This document shows positions 1-13,820 of a DNA stretch of 64,000 bases, in pieces; the first letter of the stretch is position 1; every line of letters starts with the position of its first letter. Position numbers and translations under genes: made by a program. The DNA lies in assembly GCA_051294375.1 (NCBI GenBank), contig CM119270.1, positions 14,146,179 to 14,210,178 on the forward strand, in the 5' to 3' direction. The DNA is from Paraspadella gotoi (Eukaryota > Animalia > Chaetognatha). The notes beneath the pieces were generated by a model, which was not told where the DNA came from, did not search any database, and saw nothing but the letters and a program-made list of their open reading frames with translations.

Positions 1-3000
1 CGAAANNNNNNNNNNNNNNNNNNNNNNNNNNNNNNNNNNNNNNNNNNNNNNNNNNNNNNNNNNNNNNNNNNNNNNNNNNNNNNNNNNNNNNNNNNNNNNN
101 NNNNNNNNNNNNNNNNNNNNNNNNNNNNNNNNNNNNNNNNNNNNNNNNNNNNNNNNNNNNNNNNNNNNNNNNNNNNNNNNNNNNNNNNNNNNNNNNNNNN
201 NNNNNNNNNNNNNNNNNNNNNNNNNNNNNNNNNNNNNNNNNNNNNNNNNNNNNNNNNNNNNNNNNNNNNNNNNNNNNNNNNNNNNNNNNNNNNNNNNNNN
301 NNNNNNNNNNNNNNNNNNNNNNNNNNNNNNNNNNNNNNNNNNNNNNNNNNNNNNNNNNNNNNNTCACAAAACCGTTTCTTTTCAGTCAAAACTTAACGCA
401 TATTTTTATTTTTGGGGAAAAAAAATAATAAAGTATAAAATGTTTAAGCGCATTTGTACCTGTTAAGTAATTAAATGATATTAAGAAAAATATTATTTTT
501 TTAGAAATTAATGAAGAAAAATTCCTGTATACACCAATTAATACTATCTTAAGCATAAAATACGAGTACTGCGACGCACCCTGTAATCGAAATAGCCTGT
601 ATTTAACTAAAAAATAAAAAGGGTTGAATCTCAATGACAAAAAATGAGCTCAATCGCCGCGTACATCCTCCGCCCCGAAGGATAAACGATGAAACCCATT
701 CAAATTAAATATTTTATTTTTACAATTGGAAACAAAAATTAAAAGGTTCCGTTCCCCGGATCGTCGTCGAAAAAAAAANNNNNNNNNNNNNNNNNNNNNN
801 NNNNNNNNNNNNNNNNNNNNNNNNNNNNNNNNNNNNNNNNNNNNNNNNNNNNNNNNNNNNNNNNNNNNNNNNNNNNNNNNNNNNNNNNNNNNNNNNNNNN
901 NNNNNNNNNNNNNNNNNNNNNNNNNNNNNNNNNNNNNNNNNNNNNNNAAAAAAAAACTCCACTCGAACGATCCGCTCCAGCGCTCGTCTACGTCACGAAA
1001 CCGACTGAGCCACATAGTCAACGACGGCGTTATGACGTCATGCCGGCGCGCCAAGACGGCGTCATATTGACGTGACAAAAGAAAAGAAGAATCGAGGCGG
1101 AATTCTGGTCACAATCACGTGATTCTGTTCCTTTCGATTGGGAAGAAGAAGAGAGAAAGAAAATGTGAGAACGATGATTGAATTTACCGTTAAAAAGAAT
1201 CTAATTATATAGAATAATAATAAATAATATTTCGCTCTCGAAACTAAACATCTGTACGTTAAACAACAAAAGTAACAATCGTTGTATCACGGACGCCAAA
1301 ACTTTCAGGCAACAGAAGTTAAAACCACGAGACCAGCGACGACAGAAACGACGACGACGACGACGACGACGACGCCAGCAATAATTCTTTTTACAAAAAA
1401 AAGAGAAATAACTCGAGAGTAACAGAGCCGCAGCGGAGCAAAGTAGCAGCAGCAGGAATAACAACAACGACTCTCGCACTAAAACTATTCATCTCTCTCG
1501 TGAAACAAACGCCAACGCTGACGCCACGGCGNNNNNNNNNNNNNNNNNNNNNNNNNNNNNNNNNNNNNNNNNNNNNNNNNNNNNNNNNNNNNNNNNNNNN
1601 NNNNNNNNNNNNNNNNNNNNNNNNNNNNNNNNNNNNNNNNNNNNNNNTTTTCGACAACCCGATGTTCAAAGTAAAAGAAAAAAAAATCATCTGATTCGAA
1701 TCTGAAAATGGTGAATTTTAATATTTTTAATTATTTATCGTGAACGGAGTTGATTGTTTTTAAATGGCGGGCGGCGCTCGGCCACGAACTTTTATTTCTT
1801 CCAATATACCGAATTTTATTACTATCGAAAATCATTTCACAAACTATCTCTCCCTCCCGAACTTAATGACCCCGACAATTACCCACCGTAACAACCTAAC
1901 AATACCGCCGACCGTTATCGGATTCCCGCTAACCGCCAAACATTCCGAATCATAAACAAACAAACAAACAAACAAAAAAATCTAAATGAAACGAACCTCG
2001 ATTTGCCCTCAAAATTATTGTCTTCCTCTTTTTTTCATCGCGCTCGTGATCGATACGAACGCCTGGAACAAGCGCTCGGTGCAGGCGTCCTCAAGCAGCT
2101 TGGTTGATGCGTCTTTTTTTTTTTATACCCGCGTCATATTCGATCAATGACGTCACTCTGTTCTTCGCCTCCTTTTTTTTATAACACCTTTTTTTTCACG
2201 TGAATTAAAATTCACCTCACGATGTGATACAATGCGTTTTTTATGAACAAAAAAAAAAAAAATTGTCGCTACAACTAAAACTACGAACGATGAGTCGACG
2301 ATAATTTCTCAATTACGTCACCGTTTATCTTTTTTTGGAAACAGCGCCCTCTTGAAAGAAAAAAAAAAGATTAAATAATACAAAAAAAAAATATCTAATA
2401 ATCGCGAAAGGAGAAGAAGAAAACTCGCGGTTGACGGCGGCCTTTTTCAAAAAAAGAAATCTCGACTCTCGGTGCTTCAAACATTTTTTTGTGATTTTCT
2501 TTTTTTACAAGAGAAAAAAAAAGTTGGTGCTTTGTCTACGATTGATCTTTACGAAACACGGAATATATTAGTTATAGAAACAAACAAACAACAACAAAAA
2601 AAAACCAAGAAAGAAGCGCACAGACTTCTCTTCAAACGCCATCTATCGTCATCGCTGCAGGGATTTCTCATTTATAATATCCACTCGTATTCTTATTCTC
2701 TCACCCCGTTTGTTACACGCTGTAGGAACTAATTTACCGCTTTTTCTGACAAAACAAAAAAATCCCCCAAAACAAAACAAAACACTTTGTTCGTTTTCGT
2801 GTTCGTTTCTTATTTCGATTTCGGTTTTTTTACTTTTCTCGTGTGTGTGCGTGTGTGCGCGTTTGTGTTTTGTGCGACGAAACAGCGACGAAACAGCGCA
2901 TCGCCCGAANNNNNNNNNNNNNNNNNNNNNNNNNNNNNNNNNNNNNNNNNNNNNNNNNNNNNNNNNNNNNNNNNNNNNNNNNNNNNNNNNNNNNNNNNNN

Positions 3001-5314
3001 NNNNNNNNNNNNNNNNNNNNNNNNNNNNNNNNNNNNNNNNNNNNNNNNNNNNNNNNNNNNNNNNNNNNNNNNNNNNNNNNNNNNNNNNNNNNNNNNNNNN
3101 NNNNNNNNNNNNNNNNNNNNAGAGAGAGAGAGAGAGAGAGAGAGAGAAGAAACTTAATTTTACAATTACATTTTTTGAAAATTAGGAAGTGGAAATTATA
3201 CCTAAATGCAAAACATACTTTTCGAAATTTATAATTATCAATGAATTAAGTTTATAATTAAATTGTTTAAAAATTAATCATAAAATCTAAACAAAATTCG
3301 CATAAAATACTGAAAGTCACGCACTCAATTGAGAAAGGGAGATATGGCTGAAGGCTGTANNNNNNNNNNNNNNNNNNNNNNNNNNNNNNNNNNNNNNNNN
3401 NNNNNNNNNNNNNNNNNNNNNNNNNNNNNNNNNNNNNNNNNNNNNNNNNNNNNNNNNNNNNNNNNNNNNNNNNNNNNNNNNNNNNNNNNNNNNNNNNNNN
3501 NNNNNNNNNNNNNNNNNNNNNNNNNNNNNNNNNNNNNNNNNNNNNNNNNNNNNNNNNNNNNNNNNNNNNNNNNNNNNNNNNNNNNNNNNNNNNNNNNNNN
3601 NNNNNNNNNNNNNNNNNNNNNNNNNGGGAAGAGGAGGAGTGCAGAATAAAGAACAAGGAGTAAAGAGAAAGGAAAAGAAGGAGAGAAATAAAATTAAGGT
3701 GGATTTGGGTATGAGATCGAGATAAATCGAAGGAAGAGAAAAAAAAAATTACGGTGGACATTAAAGGGTTCACCTGCGTGAAGGTTGGGTTGAGAGGGGG
3801 AGTGAAATGAAAAAAAAAAGGTAAGAGACTGAGAGGGTGAGGCGCGCAATAACGCGCAATAACTCCCTGATGATTATCACGTCAGATTATCACGCGGAAG
3901 CAAGACGGGCTGAAATTGCGTTGGAAAGAAAGGCGCTAGAACGGGTAGGTGAGGAGTAAAGGCGAGGAGAAAGAGGTCGGGACTCGTGATTCAACGGCCT
4001 TTATCAAGTTATCAAGTTATCTCGCTCTCGATTCGTTCCATTCGTCACACAAAAACAAGCGTGCACACACACAATCGAGCGCACGCTCGGTCGGACACAC
4101 GAAGTGGGTGTGAGCAAAGGGCCGAGAGAAGAGAAGAAAATAGACGAAGCAAAAGGANNNNNNNNNNNNNNNNNNNNNNNNNNNNNNNNNNNNNNNNNNN
4201 NNNNNNNNNNNNNNNNNNNNNNNNNNNNNNNNNNNNNNNNNNNNNNNNNNNNNNNNNNNNNNNNNNNNNNNNNNNNNNNNNNNNNNNNNNNNNNNNNNNN
4301 NNNNNNNNNNNNNNNNNNNNNNNNNNNNNNNNNNNNNNNNNNNNNNNTGAGTGAGAGAGAGCTCCTTTTCGGTCCTTCCCCTCCCATCCATTGACTTTTT
4401 CTCTCTATGCGGGCGCCCACGAAAGGGGCGGCCGAGCCTTTCAAATATCAACATCATTTTGCAATTATTTTTCCCCATTTCTTTTCTTTCATTTCTTTTC
4501 ATTCCTCCTTCGACGGAGAACTGTCTTCGATAATATTTTCCTCCATCCATTGTCTTCATTTCTGTTTGGCTCATTTTCTTTNNNNNNNNNNNNNNNNNNN
4601 NNNNNNNNNNNNNNNNNNNNNNNNNNNNNNNNNNNNNNNNNNNNNNNNNNNNNNNNNNNNNNNNNNNNNNNNNNNNNNNNNNNNNNNNNNNNNNNNNNNN
4701 NNNNNNNNNNNNNNNNNNNNNNNNNNNNNNNNNNNNNNNNNNNNNNNNNNNNNNNNNNNNNNNNNNNNNNTTTTTTCTTACTCTCTTCATCCCGTTCTTT
4801 GCTTTTTTTAAAGAAATAATTCCGCCCCCGAACCCGGGCGAACCCTGGCAAATATAACCTCTTGATCTTGGAGTAGAGAGTTTGGGTCCAAAAAACGTTA
4901 TCTCTTGATCAGTTTCTGGCAAAAGACCAAAGACGCCATTAAATCCACCAAAAACTCGTCGCGAAGAGTAAAGAACCGGGGATTCCAAAAGAGAGGCTTA
5001 TTCAGATAAAGAGAGAGAGAAAGAGAGAGTGGGAGTGAGAGAGAGAGAGACAGAGAGAAAGAGAGAAAGAACTTTGTGGATTGATAGGCAACCAGTCCGG
5101 AGGCTCTTGGCAGTCTGGCTTCGAATTACTTTTGGATGCTGCAAGTATTTGGACCGCGTGAATCGTTTAGGCTAACATGGATTCGAGGCCCCGCATATAT
5201 TGTCGTATAATTGTGGTATAATAAAAACTTGAATAAGCTTAATTGACGGTGAGCGCTTCGCCTAATTTTCCATGCACTGTCGACGCCATTTTTAAATTAA
5301 TGGTTAAAAAAAAT

Positions 5315-5500
5315 ACAGATTTTGAATATATATCTCAAATGACCATATTTTTGTTAAAACAATGTCTTATGTTTGGCTTAAATTTGAAAAAAAAAGAGAT
5401 ATGAAATTGGTTCAATAAATATATGTAAATTTAAAAAAAAAAATTTAGTACCTCGATTGAATGGATTGATCGATTGATTGGATGAAGGTTTATTGAAACG

Positions 5501-5582
<82 letters not shown>

Positions 5583-6330
5583 GCGTGGGAGGTTTGGATG
5601 ATGGGGTTGGTGCTTCGAAGACCGAAGAAGCCTGTGATGGTGTGACAAGTGAGGAGGAATGAGGCCGCGTGCAGTGATGGAGTTCTCGGGTGAAATCAAT
5701 TATGTAGTGGAGCAAGATAATGCGGAGCAAAGTTAGATGGGGCGAAGCGCATTGAGTTAGGGGCAGAGCGAAATGGGTTGTGGTGGAGCGAAGCGGGTTG
5801 GAGTGGAGCGGAGACAGATTTTGAATATATATCTCAAATGACCATATTTTGTTTAAAACAATGTCTTATGTTTGCTTAAATTTGAAAAAAAAAAAGAGAT
5901 ATGAAATTGGTTCAATAAATATATGTGTAAATTTAAAAAAAAAAATTTTAGTACCTCGATGAATGGATTGATTCGATTGATTGGATGAAGTTTATTGAAA
6001 CGTGAATGATGATGATGATGATGATATGATGATGAATGAGATGATGATTGATGAATGATGATGATGATGATGATATGATGATGAATGATGATGAATGATG
6101 AATGGCGTGGAGGTTTGGATGATGGGGTTGGTGCTTCGAAGACCGAAGAAGCCTGTGATGGTGTGACAAGTGAGAGGAATGAGGCGCGTGCAGTGATGAG
6201 TTCTCGGGTGAAATCAATTATGTAGTGGAGAAGATAATGCGGAGCAAAGTTAGATGGGCGAAGCGCATTGAGTTAGGGGCAAGAGCGAAATGGGTTGTGG
6301 TGGAGCGAAGCGGGTTGGAGTGGAGCGGAG
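5315..6330. repeat. ~500-bp tandem duplication containing (GAT)n; probably an assembly artefact
   Basis: 5315-5813 and 5814-6330 are near-identical; the second copy differs almost only by 1-2-bp indels. Confidence 0.8.
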
Positions 6331-6456
6331 GTGGGAATTGAGTTCGAGGAATGGAATTCCCCGGAGAAAAGGGGATGAGCTTCGGTCGCTTTACTGGGAA
6401 GGACTTCTCTGTGTGAAACCGCCTGTTAACTAAGACGATGGAGAATGAAAGAGAGA

Positions 6457-6508
<52 letters not shown>

Positions 6509-7409
6509 CGAGAGAGAAAGAGAGCGAGAAGAAACCAGGAGGCAGAGAGATAAAAAGGAAGGCGCAAGAAGAAGAAGAGAGAAGAAACTTTTCTTTNNNN
6601 NNNNNNNNNNNNNNNNNNNNNTTTTTTTCTCTCGCTTAATGATTTCAAAAAAGCGTCATTAGCAAATTTTGAAAGGCTCTTCTTTTCTCTTCCAAGTCTC
6701 CACCGCATAATCGCGGTTCTTAATTGTTCCGGTTTCGCTCGAACTCTGGAATCCGTCACATTGTCACTGAGAGAGCGGAGAGGGGGAGGCTCGTTCTACA
6801 CCCTTCTCTCTGACACGTCTCCTCCGCCGGGTCCTTCTCTCTCAACCCCGACCCTTTCCCGCCTGCCCCACATTTAGACCCCTCAAGATCTCCGAAAGGG
6901 CATCGAGATCGAGGCAGAGTTTATCCCGGTTTCCTTGGAGACGCTTTTGTCTGAGCTGACGGGAGGTTCGTCCGCGCGCCCCTCTGTCCCCCCACCGCTC
7001 GTCCAAGGTCCAAGGTGCGGCGTTCAATGATATATATCTTCCTATGGGTGAATGTTTGCCTCTCGCCGTTGTTGCTTCGTTCGCTTTAATCAAAAATATA
7101 GTAATTAAAAAGATATTTATTAATTTTCACTCGAATTTATTTGTTAATTTCGAAAAGGAATGACCCACCAGATTTAATGAAGGACGACGGAAAAACCTGG
7201 ATGTTGGTATCAATTGTGAAATATTCCGGATGTAACTACCGCGGAAGTAAAACTCGGGATGAAAAATCCCCGGATGTAAAAACTCTGGATTCGAAAACCC
7301 CGGATGTCACATAAAAGCCGAAGGAAGATTAAAGGGATGACCGAAACGCGGATATAAGATAATCCGCTTTGTAGTTTAGACATTGACGGGAAGATAGAAA
7401 GAAAGAGCG

Positions 7410-7472
<63 letters not shown>

Positions 7473-7564
7473 AAAAGAGAGAAAGAAAGAGAGAGAAGAG
7501 AGAGAGAGAGAGAGAAGAGAAAGGAGAGAAAGAGAGAGAGAGAGAGAAAGAGAGAAAGAAGAGG

Positions 7565-7600
<36 letters not shown>

Positions 7601-7732
7601 TGGGTCGTTAAAAGATTCTTGGACGATAATTCGTCGACGTCTCTCGTTGAAAAGGTTGATATCGCGTCTCTGTCGAACTTCTAATGTTTTTATCGGACAA
7701 GTGGGATCTCGAGCCGCTCAGTGAATCTTAAT

Positions 7733-7891
7733 TTCTTTTCTTTTCTTTTCTTTTCTTTTCTTTTCTTTTCTTTTCTTTTCTTTTCTTTCTCTTTTCTTTC
7801 CATCCTTTTATTCCTCCCTCTTTCTTTTCTCTCGTCCTCAATATTTGTTTTTTTCTTTCTTTATTTTTCTTTCTTTCTTTCATTCTTTCAT

Positions 7892-7963
<72 letters not shown>

Positions 7964-7975
7964 TTCTTTCTTTCT
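7733..7975. repeat. (TTTTC)n/(TTTC)n microsatellite
   Basis: Seen directly. Confidence 0.9.
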
Positions 7976-8561
7976 CTTTTCTTTCCGTCCTTGCCTTTCC
8001 TCTCTCCTTCCTTTCTTCCTGCCCCTTTCTTTTCTCTCGTCCTCAATCTTTGATAAACATCAAAGCCTCTCTCCGGTTGCCCTAGTTTCTTTCACTTTTC
8101 TCCTCATTATAGAAAAACGGGAAAAATAGAGCTCATATCAGTTATTATACAAAAATCTTAAAATTATCAATAAAACGTTAAAAAGCGTTTTGTAATTTTA
8201 AATTCGTTTTCATTTTAAAGAAATTAAAATTTCATGCATCTTCGTGAACATGTCGTTACAAATTACAATGATTTTTTTATTCTAGTATTTTTAAAGAAAG
8301 TAGGAGACGGATTAAAATATATAAAAAAATGTTTAAATTAAAATAAACAAATGAGGTAAAGAAAGTTTAAAACTAATCCTTCCCATCAATTCCCCAAACT
8401 TCCTTCCAACTCATCCCAGCTTCCAACCTACCATTCGACCATCCTCTTCCTCTTCCTCCTCTTCCTCCTCCGTTGAATCCTCTCTCTCTTCCTCTCATCG
8501 TCTCCGCCCGCCTCGGCCACTCCCTCTCCCTCTCGCTCTCCCTCTCTCTCTCTGACCCGCG

Positions 8562-8588
8562 ATGTTCACCAACACCTCGGGCGGCGGA

Positions 8589-8620
<32 letters not shown>

Positions 8621-8727
8621 ATTCGCCTTCCAATTGGCCGCCCACCGCGAGCGGCTGCGGCAGCACAACGCCAACTCGGCGAGGAGGTGGATGAACACGA
8701 CGAGGAGGAGCACGGTCGCCGGTGAGG
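8562..8727 (+). CDS. Candidate first exon of the Kv2 gene (MFTNTSGGGG...RRSTVAGE)
   Basis: ATG at 8562, GC-rich, strong donor gtgagt at 8728. It ends in phase 1, while the 9001 acceptor needs phase 0, so it is either 5'UTR/uORF or affected by an indel. Confidence 0.35.
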
Positions 8728-8739
8728 GTGAGTCTTAAG

Positions 8740-8741
8740 AA

Positions 8742-8772
<31 letters not shown>

Positions 8773-8784
8773 ATGAATAATGAA

Positions 8785-8816
<32 letters not shown>

Positions 8817-8818
8817 AA

Positions 8819-8878
<60 letters not shown>

Positions 8879-8890
8879 AATAAATAATAA
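8740..8890. repeat. (TAAA)n microsatellite
   Basis: Seen directly. Confidence 0.9.
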
Positions 8891-9000
8891 AAAAATAAAC
8901 CGATAAAAGGAATCTATCAATTAATTAATTAATTAATTAATTACTAAAACAATTCAAATACATTATCTCCAACTAACCCTCGCCCCCCCACGCAATCCAG

Positions 9001-11159
9001 TGCCCGTCCCCACTTCCCTTCCAACCCGACGCTCCCGCCACGGCGCCGCCAATGCTCCTTGACGACGTGTTCGACGGCGACGCCCCCTCCGCGCCCGTCG
9101 ACGCCAACGACGCCGTCGACGCCGTCATTTTGGCGAATCCCGGCGCCGGAACAGGCCCCGGCGCCCAACCGCCCGCCGCCAACCGCCCGCCGCCGTACGA
9201 ACCTTCCTTGAACGCTCTTGTCGTCGTCATCGACGGCGACAACGACCCCGGAGGCGACGACGGCGGCGGCGAAGGCGGCGGCGAAGGCGGCGACCCCGTT
9301 TCTCCAGCGGGAGAGCGACTAGATCCTCAGCAGCAGCAGCATCAACAACAACGACTACCGGAACCACAGCAGCAACATCAACAACAGCAACAGCAGCAAC
9401 ATCAACCGGCGGATGTGGGCTCGAACCTCGGATCGGGCGGCGTTCCGCCTTCGGGAAAAGACCCTCCGTCGCTTCAGTGGGCGACCCCGCCGACGGCGCC
9501 GGCTCCGCAGCAGCAACTTCCGCAGCATCAGCCGCCGCAGCCGGTGCGGCCGCAGTCCAAGTCGATGTCCTTCATGCCTCCGCAGCCTTACATGATCATG
9601 CGCAGCAAAGCGATGAGCCGACGCGTGGTCGTCAATGTGGGCGGGGTTAAGCACGAGGTGAGGTGGTTGTGGAGTGGGTGAAGAATCTGGGTGGGTTGGT
9701 AAGTTGGTTGGGAGGTACGGTTGGTTTGTGGTTTCCTATTTCTAACCATTTTAAATTTCATATAACTATTTTATATAACTATCTTGTAAGTAGTAGTAAA
9801 TGAATCAAAAATAAAATTAGAAGTATACGAGAAAATACGATATGAAATATCGTTCGTGTTTCGATTGATAATTTTAATTTATTTACCCTTGTCATCTCAG
9901 GTGCTTTGGAAGACCTTGGAGCGGCTCCCGCACACCCGGCTGGGCAAGCTGCGTGAAAGCAACACTCATCAGTCAATCATGGAAATTTGCGACGATTATT
10001 CGCTGGCGGACAACGAGTACTTTTTCGACAGACATCCGAGGTCCTTTGCCTCCATACTTAACTTTTACAGGTGAAAAAAAAAATAATTCTACGAATTTAA
10101 TCAATCTTGACGGATTGATAATGTTTTTTTTGTTTATATACTATTTTTAATCTTGAGAGATTGACGAAGTTTTTAGTTTGCAACGAATTTTATTTATATA
10201 AAAACAGACATGTTTCGACTTGTTTGTCAAGCCTTCATCAGCGTTATATAAATATAATATAATATAATATAATATAATATAATATAATTCATTATATAAA
10301 TAAAATTCGTTGCAAACTAAAAACTTTGTCAATCTCTAAACATTTCAAACAACGAAAAAGAAAGGATTAATACAATATTTTTAATCTATATTTTAACTTT
10401 TATTGGCTTCAGAACCGGCAAGCTCCATCTGGTGGAAGAAATGTGCGTCTTGGCCTTTAGCGACGACCTGGAATATTGGGGAATCGACGAACTCTACTTG
10501 GAATCCTGTTGCCAACACAAGTAAACGAGGAAGATGCATTTATCGAACGAGGCTTTGCTTAAGAATTTTTATCATTCATTACGAAAAATTGGACAAGTTA
10601 AGACTTAACTACAACTCATGAGAAAACTGAACTTCTTTCGTAAACGTGTTGTCAAGAATCTGAAGTAAAATTTTATTTTGGAATCATGTTACTTAGAAAA
10701 TTTATCAAAAAATAATTTGGTAATTGCTAGAAAGTTTAAAAATTGTTACAGATACAGAGATGACTTCATTACTTACTAGTAAAAAAACCCCAGATTGAAC
10801 AAAACTAAAAGCATTTTATAAATCCAGATTGTAAAAAATACCAAACATTTTCTGCTAAATCCTGACACCGTCGACCCACCCCGTACACAGATACCACCAA
10901 AAGAAAGAGTCCGTCCACGAGGAGATGCGCAAAGAAGCAGAGACCCTTCGACACAGAGATGACGAAGACTTCGGGACAGGAAGTTGCGCTCCCGTCCGGA
11001 AGAGGATGTGGGATCTGCTGGAGAAACCCAACTCGTCGGGACCGGCTAGGGTAGGAATTGCTGTGGTTGAAGCTGTTATATAATTATTATTTCAATTAAG
11101 TTTTCATTATCATAATTTATTGTGGTAGACACAACGCTGATTCACAAGCCACTGATCAA

Positions 11160-11237
<78 letters not shown>

Positions 11238-13419
11238 ATCCACTGTACTAACTCCCACTCGACTTCGCCCAGATCGTGGCCTTGCTCTCAGTGACCTTCA
11301 TCGTGTTGTCCACCATCGGACTGACCCTGAACACCATTCCCGCCATCCAAGAGGTGGACGAGTACGGTCAGCCCACGGACAACCACAACCTGGTCATGGT
11401 CGAGGTCGTCTGCATCGCCTGGTTCTCGCTCGAGTACATCCTCCGATTCTGGGCCTCGCCCAATCGCTGGAAGTTTTTCAAAGGTTGGTTGTGTCGGGTT
11501 GGGCCGATTGACTCCGTTGCTTGACAAATTTAAAAAAAAAAATTAGCTTGTGTTCGCTTGGCGATAATTTTGTTCTGCCAATTTTTCAGATGGTGATTGG
11601 GTGATTTCCGTTCGATTGATGAATTAATTGATTTTCTGAAAGGAAACAATAATACTATTATAGCCAATGCATTATAGCCAATTATAGCCTATTTGCCATT
11701 GTAAAATATCAATAATAAACCTTCAGAGAAATAAAATAAACAATTAATCCAAATCTAATCAGAACAGAACTACATGCAAATGAGAGTCTCATTTGAAATG
11801 ATTCACAAATTAATCTGCTTCACTAATTGCTCAATCATCATATGATTTTTGAAAGGTTAATTGATTGTTGGCAAGTTCGTTGCTGATCCTCCGCTCACTC
11901 TCACCCCCCCCCTTCCGCGAAGGCGCCCTCAACATCATCGATCTGCTCGCCATCCTCCCCTACTTCGTCTCCCTCGGTCTCGTGGAGACGAACAAATCCA
12001 CGGAGCAGTTCCACAACGTTCGACGCGTCGTCCAAATCTTTCGGATCATGAGGATCCTCCGTATCTTAAAAGTTGGCCCGCCACTCGACGGGCCTCCAGT
12101 TTTAGGATACACCCTCAAACGGTCCTACAAAGAACTCGGGCTACTCGTCATGTTCCTCGCCATCGGCGTGCTGCTCTTTTCGTCGCTGGCCTATTTCGCC
12201 GAAAAGGACGAGGTGCGGATGCGAGGGGGGAGAGGGGGGGGCGAATCGTCGTCGTCTCGGAGAGAAGCGTTGTCGTCTCGTTATATTGATGGTTATTGTC
12301 GAAGCTTTTTTTTTTTCGATTGAGCAGTTGACCTTGCGGAGGTGCCCAACTGCCCATCTTGTTATTGACTGGATTGTATTTTGTTTAAGAATTTTTTTTG
12401 TTACCAAAAACCAAAAATCAAAAACCAAAAATCAAAAACCAATTTTTTGTTAACAAAAAAATTCAAAAATCAAAAACCAATTTTTGCTACCAAAAAACTT
12501 ATCGAAAAAAAAAAATTGCCATGTACCTAGTCACATTTATATGAAATTACTAAAGTTTTTAAACACAAAACAAATACTTCAATTGAGAATGTATAATAGC
12601 GATTGTGTCCATATATTTTCCTTTCCTCTTTCACAAACCTTCCGTTTCCTCTGCATCCCTCCCTTTGGCCCTTCGCAGGAAGGCACCGCCTACACTAGTA
12701 TCCCCGAAGCTTTCTGGTGGGCAGGCATTACTATGACGACGGTGGGGTACGGTGATATCTACCCACAAACGGTTTTGGGGAAGATCGTGGGCGGCGTGTG
12801 CTGCATTTGCGGAGTCTTGGTCGTCGCGCTCCCGATTCCGATTATCGTCAACAACTTCGCCGAATTTTACAAGGTGAGGGACGAAAATTCGGTTGGGGTA
12901 AGTTAACAGGAGAGAAAAGGAAAGATCAGAAAGGGCGGCGACTGAAGAGTGAATGAAATAAATGTAACCGGGACATGTCATGTAAACTGTTACTCACTGT
13001 AATAGAAACAACGACATAAAAGGGTGAAAAAGAAAAATTATAGACATGATAGGTATATTTATGAATCTCAGTCAATATTAGAAAGGTTTAAAAAAGCAAA
13101 ACTCAGGCGAAGATTAGTTAAAATTTATAAGTTTAGCCGAAATAGAAAAGAAACTGAATCGCGATCAACGAGCAAACTATTCTTGATCTTCCATGAGCAA
13201 TGAGGATTGCAATTCTCCCATCATTCCCGCAACCCCAAAACGCCCTTCCTTTCTTCAGGACCAAATGCGGCGGGAAAAGGCCGTGAAGCGCAAGGAGGCC
13301 CTGGAGCGGGCCAAGCGGAGTGGCAGCATCGTGAGCTTTCACTCCGTCAACCTCAGAGACGCCTTCGCGCGATCGGTCGACCTTATCGACGTCATGGTCG
13401 ACGAGGAGAAGCAGGGCAG
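9001..13419 (+). CDS. Shab: Voltage-gated potassium channel, Shab/Kv2 (KCNB) family: N-terminus, T1 domain, S1-S6 and proximal C-terminus
   Basis: Phase-consistent GT-AG exons: 9001(ATG 9052)-9657, 9901-10070, 10413-10520, 10891-11050, 11273-11483, 11923-12212, 12679-12873, 13259-13419. T1: [30 protein letters not shown]...[11 protein letters not shown]...[29 protein letters not shown]. Also [10 protein letters not shown]; S4 [17 protein letters not shown]; pore [15 protein letters not shown]; S6 PIPIIVNNF (Kv2-type PIP); Kv2 C-terminal [17 protein letters not shown]...NLRDAFARS. Confidence 0.96.
10199..10246 (-). ncRNA. Minimal type I hammerhead ribozyme (Penelope-like element associated) in a Kv2 intron
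   Basis: Minus strand reads aacg-CTGATGA-a-ggcttg acaaa caagtc-GAAA-catgTC-tgtt: intact core, 6-bp stem II, palindromic minimal stem III, short stem I. Confidence 0.7.
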
Positions 13420-13820
13420 GTTAGGGTGGTGAGGGTGGTCAAGGGTGGTTTAGGGTGGGGGATTAGGAAGAAGTAGGGCGGGTTAGAAATACGTTCGTGG
13501 GGAGTAACAAGTGGAAGAGTGGAATGAGCCGAGGGTAAAAAATAAAAAGGGAGTTTCGACTATGAGAAAAGTGGGAAAAAGTTTCGTGGTTAAATAATTA
13601 TAACAAGCTATAATAAAGATAGTATTAATTAAACCAATAATTGTATTAATTTGGTCGAGGAATGAGAAGAAGCGTGGATGTTTAAAGAGGTAAACAAAGG
13701 GTTACACCTTAGAAAAATGATCAGGGAATGTTTAATTTCTTTAATTAACTACGTATTCTCCGTTCTCACCGTCCCCCCCCCAAAAAAAAAACATTTCCTC
13801 CTACTTTCCTCCCAATCCAG

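Noticed and set aside
5431-5730. Poly-His ORF
   Set aside because: Translation of a (GAT)n microsatellite within a duplicated segment.
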